Part shown: one piece after another, positions 48,175-54,729 of the stretch
Layout of the letters: each line of letters opens with the position of its first letter
How positions within the stretch are numbered: the stretch's first letter is position 1
Assembly (NCBI GenBank): GCA_038087875.1
Contig: JAXLNO010000668.1
Span: forward strand, 1 to 54,729
From: Malacoraja senta
Lineage: Eukaryota
Length of the DNA: 54,729 bases
Reading direction: 5' to 3'
Position numbers and translations under genes: made by a program
The notes under the pieces: generated by a model
The model's database searches: none
Told to the model about the DNA's origin: nothing
The model's input: only the letters and a program-made list of their open reading frames with translations

Positions 48175-48373
48175 ATTATCAGCTTCACGTCGGTTCCAAC
48201 AGCGCCGTCTACGATCCCGTGACAGAGTCCCTGTGTTTTTTTTCAAACGCACAAAATCAGTACTGATTTTATTTTAAATGTACAGATGTAAAATCTGACA
48301 ATCAGCGAACCTACAATATTACGTAATTTACAAACTAATGTAAATAGACAGTAAAAGACAACTCCAGGGCAGT

Positions 48374-48535
48374 GAAGCCTAATTCTGTCTCCGCCTCTTC
48401 CTTTCTTCTGGGGAAGGGTCTCGACCCGAAACGTCACCTATTCTTTCGCTCCATAGATGCTGCCTGACCCGCTGAGTTTCTCCAGCATTTGTGTCCACCT
48501 TCGATTTTTCCAGCATCTGCAGTTCTTCCTTAAAC
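48374..48535 (+). mobile_element. Solo Penelope pLTR fragment
   Basis: Matches pLTR sequence (CCCGAAACGTCACCTATT...CCGCTGAGTTTCTCCAGCAT). 13-bp TSD ACTCCAGGGCAGT at 48361-48373 and 48536-48548. Confidence 0.8.
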
Positions 48536-48854
48536 ACTCCAGGGCAGTTAGATCAGTTATATATTTTTTCCACATCACAAGGCAAAATAGAAGAGAGCTT
48601 TTAATCCTCAGAGAATCACAAACGTCACCAGGCATGAATGAACCTTTCTGACAGCGAAGAGATCAGTGCATCCAGAACTCTGCAGCAATCCTCCGCTTGC
48701 CAGTTCTACTATGGAAATATCAAACTGGTCCTGAACTGTCCTGGAGCAAATACTTTCTGCTGCCTTTTCAAATGGCAAAGGAAATTGTTTTTGTCCGAGC
48801 TTTCAGTTTCTGGTGGGATTCCAATTCTCATCACAGTTCCATGGAAAGAAGGAA

Positions 48855-51800
48855 TATAGATAGATACATAGAAAATAGGTGCAGGAGTAGGCCATTCGGC
48901 CCTTCGAGCCTGCACCGCCATTCAATATGATCATCGCTGATCATCCAACTCAGTATCCCGTACCTGCCTTCTCTCCATACCCCCTGATCCCTTTAGCCAC
49001 AAGGGCCACATCTAACTCCCTCTTAAATATAGCCAATGAACTGGCCTCAACTACAATACAATACAATACAACAATACAATTTATTTGTCATTTGGACCCC
49101 ATTGAGGTCCAAACAAAATGTCGTTTCTGCAGCCATACATTACAAAACGAAAAAGACCCGAGACACAACACAATTTACACATACATCCATCACAGCGCTG
49201 TGATGGAAGGCAAAAAAAAAAGTATCTCTCCACTGCACTCCCCCCCCCGATGTCAGAGTCAAAGTCAAAGCCCCCGGCAGGCGATGGTGATTATCCCGCG
49301 GCCATTAAAGCCACGCCGGGTGATGCAAGGTCGCGCTCCGGGTCTTGGTGTTAGAGCCCCGGCGCGCGCTCGCAAAGTCCGGCGGCCATTCCAAGCCGCG
49401 TGGGGCGGCGATGTAAAGCCCCGCTCCAGGTGCTCTTCAACCCCGCAACTCGGGCGGGAGAAGTCGCCGCCGCGGAAGCCCCGAAAAGCGGTCTCCCACC
49501 AGGGACCCGCGGGCTTCCGGTGTTGCCGTCCGCCAGACCCGCGGTTGTAGCCTCCGAATCTCCGGGGGTCTGGTCGCAGCAGCGATTGTCTCCACCACAG
49601 CTCCACCCGCTCCGGACTCGGCCAGCCCAGTGACGGTGAGTAGTCCGCAGCTCCGCAACTGGAGCCCCAGGTCGTTCCTGCTGGAGGCCGCTCCACGTTG
49701 CCCAGCCCCAATGACAACGGAGACCCGACAAAGAAAAGGTCGGGTCTCCCGTGCAGGGGAAAGATTTTAAAGTCCCCCCCCCCCACACACCCCAACAAAA
49801 AAATAAAATAAAAAACTACATAAAAACAAGACAAAAATAATAAAAGGACAGACGGACTGCAGAGGCCGCTGCTGACGAGAGCCTCTGCAGTCCGTCTCTG
49901 GAACTCTCTGTGGCAGAGAATTCCAGAGATTCACCACTCTCTGTGTGAAAAAGTTTTTTCTCATCTCGGTCTTAAAGGATTTCCCCCTTATCCTTAAGCT
50001 GTGACCCCTTGTCCTGGACTTCCCCAACATCGGGAACAATCTTCCTGCATCTAGCCTGTCCAACCCCATAAGAATTTTGAACGTTTCTATAAGATCCCCT
50101 CTCAATCTCCTAAATTCTAGCGAGTATAAGCCAAGTCTATCCAGTCTTTCTTTATATGAAAGACCTGACATCCCAGGAATCAGTCTGGTGAACCTTCTCT
50201 GCACTCCCTCTATGGCTATAATGTCCTTCCTCAGATTTGGAGACCAAAACTGTACGCAATACTCTAGGTGTGGTCTCACCAAGACCCTGTACAACTGCAG
50301 TAGAACCTCCCTGCTCCTATACTCAAATCCTTTGGCTATGAAAGCCAACATACCATTTGCTTTCTTCATTGCCTGCTGCACCTGCATGCCTACTTTCAAT
50401 GACTGGTGTACCATGACACCCAGGTCTCGCTGCATCTCCCCTTTTCCTAATCGGCCATCATTTAGATAATAGTCTGCTTTCCTGTTTTTGCCACCAAAAT
50501 GGATAACCTCACATTTATCCACATTATACAGCATCTGCCAAACATTTGCCCACTCACCCAGCCTATCCAAGTCACCTTGCAGTCTCCTAGCATCCTCCTC
50601 ACAGCTAACACTACCCCCCAGCTTAGTGTCATCCGCAAACTTGGAGATGTTGCCTTCAATTCCCTCATCCAGTTCATTAATATAAATTGTAAAGAGCTGG
50701 GGTCCCAGCACTGAGCCTTGCGGTACCCCACTAGTCACTGCTGCCATTGTGAAAAGGACCCGTTACTCCTACTCTTTGCTTCCTGTTTGCCAGCCAGTTC
50801 TCTATCCACATCAATACTGAACCCCCAAAACCGTGTGCTTTAAGTTTGTATACTAATCTTTTATGTGGGACCTTGTCGAAAGCCTTCTGAAAGTCCAGAT
50901 ACAACACATCCACTGGTTCTCCCCTATCCACTCTACTAGTTACATCCTCGAAAAATTCTATAAGATTCGTCAGACATGATTTACCTTTCGTAAATCCATG
51001 CTGACTTTGTCCAATGATTTCACCACTTTCCAAATGTGCTGCTATCCCATCTTTAATAACTGACTCTAGCAGTTTCCCCACTACCGATGTTAGACTAACT
51101 GGTCTGTAATTCCCCATTTTCTCTCTCCCTCCCTTCTTAAAAAGTGGGGTTACATTTGCTACCCTCCAATCCTCAGGAAGTACTCCAGAATCTAAAGAGT
51201 TTTGAAAGATTATTACTAATGCATCCACTATTTCTGGAGCTACTTCCTTAAGTACTCTGGGATGCAGCCTATCTGGCCCTGGTGATTTATTGGCCTTTAA
51301 TCCATTCAATTTACCCAACACCACTTCCCGACTAACCTGGATTTCACTCAGTTCCTCCATCTCCTTTGACCTGCGGTCCCCTGCTATTTCGGCAGATTAT
51401 TTATGTCTTCCTTAGTGAGGACGGAACAAAGTAGTTATTCAATTGGTCCGCCATATCCTTGTTCCCCATGATCAATTCACCTGTTTCTGACTGCAAGGGA
51501 CCTACATTTGTTTTAACTAATCTCTTTCTCTTCACATATCTATAAAAACCTTTGCAGTCAGTTTTTATGTTCCCTGCCAGTATCCTTTCATAATCTATTT
51601 TCCCTTTCCTAATTAAGCCCTTTGTCCTCCTCTGCTGGTCTCTGAATTTCTCCCAGTCCTCTGGTATGCTGCTTTTTCTGGCTAATTTGTATGCATCATC
51701 TTTTGCTTTGATACTATCCCTGATTTCCCTTGTTATCCACGGATGCACTACCTTCCCTGATTTATTCTTTTGCCAAACTGGGATGAACAATTTTTGTAGT

Positions 51801-52940
51801 TCATCCATGCAGTCTTTAAATGCCTTCCATTGCATATCCACCGTCAACCCTTTTAGAACTAATTGCCAGTCAATCTTGGCCAATTCACGTCTCATACCCT
51901 CAAAGTTACCTTTCTTTAAGTTCAGAACCATTGTTTCTGAATTAACAATGTCACTCTCCATCCTAATGAAGAACTCAACCATATTATGGTCACTCTTGCC
52001 CAAGGGGCCACGCACAACAAGACTGCTAACTAACCCTTCCTCATTACTCAATACCCAGTCTAGAATAGCCTGCTCTCTCGTTGGTTCCTCTACATGTTGG
52101 TTTAGATAACTATCCCGCATACATTCCAAGAAATCCTCTTCCTCAGCACCCCTGCCAATTTGATTCACCCAATCTATATGTAGATTGAAGTCACCCATTA
52201 TAACTGTTTTGCCTTAGTTGCACGCATTTCTAATTTCCTGTTTGATGCCATCCCCAACTTCACTACTACTGCTAGGTGGCCTGTACACAACACCCACCAG
52301 CGTTTTCTGCCCTTAGTGTTTCGCAGCTCTACCCATACCGATTCCACATCTCCAAGCTAATGTCCTTCCTTTCCACTGCGTTAATCTCCTCTCTAACCAG
52401 CAACGCTACCCCACCTCCTTTTCCTTTCTCTCTATCCCTCCTGAATATTCAATATCCCTGGATGTTCAGCTCCTAGCCTTGGTCACCCTGGAGCCATGTC
52501 TCCGTGATCCCAACTATATCATAATCATTAATAGCTATCTGCACGTTCAACTCATCCACCTTATTACGAATGCTCCTTGCATTGAGACACAAAGCCTTCA
52601 GGCTTGTTTTTACAACGCTCTTACCCCTTATACAATTATATGGAAAAGTGGCCCTTTTTGATTTTTGCCCTGGATTTGTCTGCCTGCCACTTTTACTTTT
52701 CACCTTGCTACCGATTGCTTCCGCCCGCATTTTACACCCCTCTGTTTCTCTGCTCACCCATTTAAGAACCCCACCACCTCTTATTCTCTGTTTATTATTG
52801 TTTTCTTCTTTCCCCCCTACATGTTGGGTCTGAGTGCTTTCCTTCTCTGCCTCCTGCCTCACACACTGTCTAATAGCTTTCTCTATTTGAGTTCCTCCCC
52901 CCAACCATTCTAGTTTAAAGTCTCCCCAGTAGCCTTTGCA
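48855..52940 (-). mobile_element. CR1 LINE with nearly complete but frameshifted ORF2 (APE endonuclease + RT) and the end of ORF1
   Basis: LCLNARSIRNK..DIVGITETW, MGDFN, SDH, YLDFQKAFD and FADD. Stop at 52473 and frameshifts near 51400 and 50750. Same subfamily as the array CR1. Confidence 0.92.
49053..49895 (-). mobile_element. GC-rich non-autonomous retroelement nested in CR1 (distant relative of 2591-3286 and 4790-5600)
   Basis: Interrupts the CR1 3' region. Shares CTGCAGTC(C/T)GT.TGTC at the 5' end and TTTTGCCTTCCATCA plus GACAAATAAA near the 3' end. (ATTGT)n tail. Confidence 0.65.
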
Positions 52941-53070
52941 GATCGACGTTTTGGGTCAACACCCTTCTTCAGACTGATGTTGGGGGTAAGAAAGAATGTA
53001 GTCGGAGACATTAAGACTGGTGGGAGAACTGGGAAGGGGAAGGGGATGGAGAGAGAAAGCAAGGACTATT
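52941..53070 (-). mobile_element. Penelope pLTR fragment
   Basis: GACGTTTTGGGTCAACACCCTTCTTCAGACTGA matches 41627-41657, followed by a purine-rich tract. Confidence 0.6.
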
Positions 53071-53329
53071 GCCCAGAGCTGTTGCTTTGACCAGTTCCAG
53101 TCCCTGATGCAGCTTTGTCTAAATTACTTCTGGGAAGGCTGCCCGAGGCTTCAATAAAGTGTTTGTTCCCATTGTCTCTCAATGTTCTCAAGCAGAGAAG
53201 CTGCTGAATAGACAAACGCCACTGGCAACAAACTTGTTTTTACAGTTGCCACCGTGGGAGAGAATTCCACAGCTCAGCAAACGGGGAGCCACGGGTAACG
53301 ATGGAGGGGGGGGGGGTGAAGGGGGGGAG

Positions 53330-53538
53330 AGGGTGAGGGAGGGGGTGAGAGGGGAGGGGAAGAGAGGGGAGGAAGAGAGAGTGGGGAGGGGGTGAGAGGG
53401 GAGAGGAGGTGGGGGAGTGGAAGGGAGGGGGAAGAGAGAACAGAGAAGGGTGGGGTTGGATATTGTCCGGGGGGGGGGGGGTGTTGACAAGTTGTGTTCC
53501 CTGCACACCGTGTCGTAGGTTCACGTCGGTTCCAACAC
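53330..53538 (+). repeat. Paralogue of the ERV pre-integration site
   Basis: G/A-rich tract followed by GACAAGTTGTGTTCCCTGCAC.CCGTGTCGTAG.TTCACGTCGGTTCCAACA, which equals 1-186 joined to 48186-48201. Confidence 0.85.
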
Positions 53539-53540
53539 CG

Positions 53541-53980
53541 TTTTAATATTTTTTATATACAAATAAAAATACAAATACAACCAAATCGGAAAATAAGAAG
53601 AAACACAGAGTATTAACACGGATAAAGACTGCCGATGTTGACAGTTTTATAAACTAACGGTGATCAGATTAATATAACACCAACGCTATCAACAATACAC
53701 TTGCCCTCCCGTGGCAACCAGCGTTGACGTTCGGCCTCCAGAGTCCCCGTGGACACGGCGTGTGTGATCCCGCTCCAGGACATGGGCCCGGACGAGTGGC
53801 CGGCAGCCCACCCTGGTGCGGCCATTAACTACCCGCTGCCGGACCCACGAATGGCCATCTTGACCAGGCCCAGGAGCAGACGGACAGGGAGACCCCCCCT
53901 CCCTCCCCCCGACCCCCCTCTGTGGGGCGTGGGGCTTAAATGCAGCCAATACTTGAGGAGCAGCCCCTTCAGATAGTGGG
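53541..53980 (-). mobile_element. Tx1/L1-clade LINE 3' fragment
   Basis: Minus-strand frames YLKGLLLKYWLHLSPT, RLLLGLVKMAI and HAVSTGTLEA..QRW...CIVD resemble Tx1 ORF2 C-termini. T-rich 3' UTR and A-rich tail. Confidence 0.6.
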
Positions 53981-54039
53981 GTACAGGCCGGGGTCCAGGG
54001 CAGAGAGTGTGTCGCGGTGGCGGAGCGGGTACGGGGTCC

Positions 54040-54335
54040 TGTGTGGGGGGGGGGGGGGGTCACACGGATATACCCGGGGCTGGGGTACAGGGCAGGGGGC
54101 TGATCCAGCGGGGGAGAGGTTGTTCAGGGGGGTAGTGGGGGGGTGTAGTGGGTAGTGAGGGGGGGAGATGTTGTTCAGGGCGGTTGTGGGGGGGGGTAGT
54201 GAGGGGGGGGGGTTAGTGGGGGAGGGGTTAGTGGGGGGGGTAGTGAGGGGGGGGGTTAGTGGGGGGGGGGGATTAGTGGGGGGGGTAGTGAGGGGGGAGG
54301 TTAGTGGGGGGGGGGGATTAGTGGGGGGGGTGTTT
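54040..54335 (+). repeat. G-rich low-complexity repeat (G-run + (T)TAGT)n, G-quadruplex-prone
   Basis: Repeated GGGGGGG(G)TTAGT / GTAGT units. Confidence 0.85.
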
Positions 54336-54379
54336 GTTTGTAGCCTCATTAAAGGGTCAGAGCTGTAATGTAGCCGGTG

Positions 54380-54512
54380 AGCTAAAGGGATCAGGGGGTA
54401 TGGAGAGAAGGCAGGTACAGGATACTGAGTTGGATGATCAGCCATGATCATATAGAATGGCCGTGCAGGCTCGAAGGGCCGAATGGCCTACTCCTGCATC
54501 TATGTATCTATG
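54380..54512 (+). mobile_element. CR1 3'-end fragment
   Basis: GGGTATGGAGAGAAGGCAGGTACAGGATACTGAGTTGGATGATCAGCCATGATC...GAATGGCCTACTCCTGC with a (TCTATGTA) tail. Confidence 0.88.
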
Positions 54513-54729
54513 ACGCGTCCGGTGGGACGGCGATCGGTGACGTCACCGCGCAGAGGACGCCAGACATGGGCGGAGTCCAGCGCGCGCTGACGTCAGACGC
54601 AGCGCCATGGCCGGCGCGGGGGAGGGAGCAGGAGGGCGCGGTGACGTCAGACGCAGCGCCATGGCCGGCGCGGGGGAGCGGGCGCCGCTGCTGCCGCCCG
54701 GTGGTGGAGGGGGAGGGGGAGGGGGCGCG
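54513..54729 (+). promoter_or_regulatory. CpG island / promoter with three perfect CRE sites and a GC box
   Basis: TGACGTCA at 54538-54545 (inside the 14-bp palindrome CGGTGACGTCACCG), 54588-54595 and 54642-54649. GGGCGG at 54568-54573. Dense CpG. Confidence 0.75.
54661..54729 (+). CDS. slc15a4: Probable first coding exon (runs off the window) of an endolysosomal membrane protein, SLC15A4/PHT1-like
   Basis: Kozak GCCATGG. Translation MAGAGERAPLLPPGGG... contains an ExxxLL dileucine signal, and GAGERAPLL is the N-terminal motif I recall from human SLC15A4. Only 23 codons are visible. Confidence 0.45.
   Translation, partial: MAGAGERAPLLPPGGGGGGGGGA

Larger units (their letters stand above)
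187..48181 (-). mobile_element. Class I (gamma/epsilon-like) endogenous retrovirus, defective, expanded to ~48 kb by nested insertions and a tandem array
   Basis: Two direct LTRs, a PBS next to the right LTR and a PPT next to the left LTR. gag-RT-RNaseH-IN remnants are collinear on the minus strand. GCTT is duplicated at 183-186 and 48182-48185, immediately outside the TGTAAT/ATTATCA termini. Confidence 0.93.

Noticed and set aside
48182..48243. tRNA or other Pol III gene at the ERV target site (TAGCTT..., GGTTCCAAC, T8 run)
   Set aside because: A- and B-box-like words are too close together and no cloverleaf can be drawn.
48550..48855. Short ORFs in unique sequence as host exons
   Set aside because: No recognisable homology or convincing splice signals by eye.
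54040..54335. Interstitial telomeric repeat or Pro-rich protein (ORF 53969-54451)
   Set aside because: The units are G-run + TTAGT/GTAGT, not TTAGGG. The ORF is low-complexity and begins in a CR1 UTR.
187..54512. Uni-strand piRNA cluster inferred from TE orientation
   Set aside because: The minus-strand excess is mostly due to the six-fold amplification. Independent insertions occur on both strands, so sequence alone does not support it.

Overview
Eukaryotic, vertebrate repeat-rich DNA. The CR1, Penelope and Rex1 repertoire suggests a cartilaginous fish such as a skate or ray (inference). Almost the whole window is one class I (gamma/epsilon-like) endogenous retrovirus on the minus strand, 187..48181. 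It has ~730-bp LTRs at 187-917 and 45314-46043, a tRNA-Pro PBS, a PPT, a 4-bp GCTT target-site duplication, decayed gag and pol, no env and apparently no protease. The provirus has grown to ~48 kb in two ways. First, about 15 nested insertions (CR1, L2, Rex1/Babar, Penelope, a hAT-like element, GC-rich non-autonomous elements and a probable retrocopied mRNA 3' end). Second, a young head-to-tail six-copy amplification of a ~5.4-kb ERV-pol/CR1 chimeric unit (8284-40739). Five of the six units carry an uninterrupted 473-codon CR1 reverse-transcriptase-only ORF, while the retroviral RT in every unit is catalytically dead. A 5'-truncated Penelope RT/GIY-YIG ORF is fused in frame to gag and carries a hammerhead-ribozyme-like core. 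To the right of the provirus lie a degraded long CR1, an uninterrupted paralogue of the ERV integration site and a Tx1-like fragment. The window ends in a CpG island with three CRE palindromes and the probable start of a host gene (GAGERAPLL, SLC15A4-like). All family calls come from motif recognition by eye, with no database searches.
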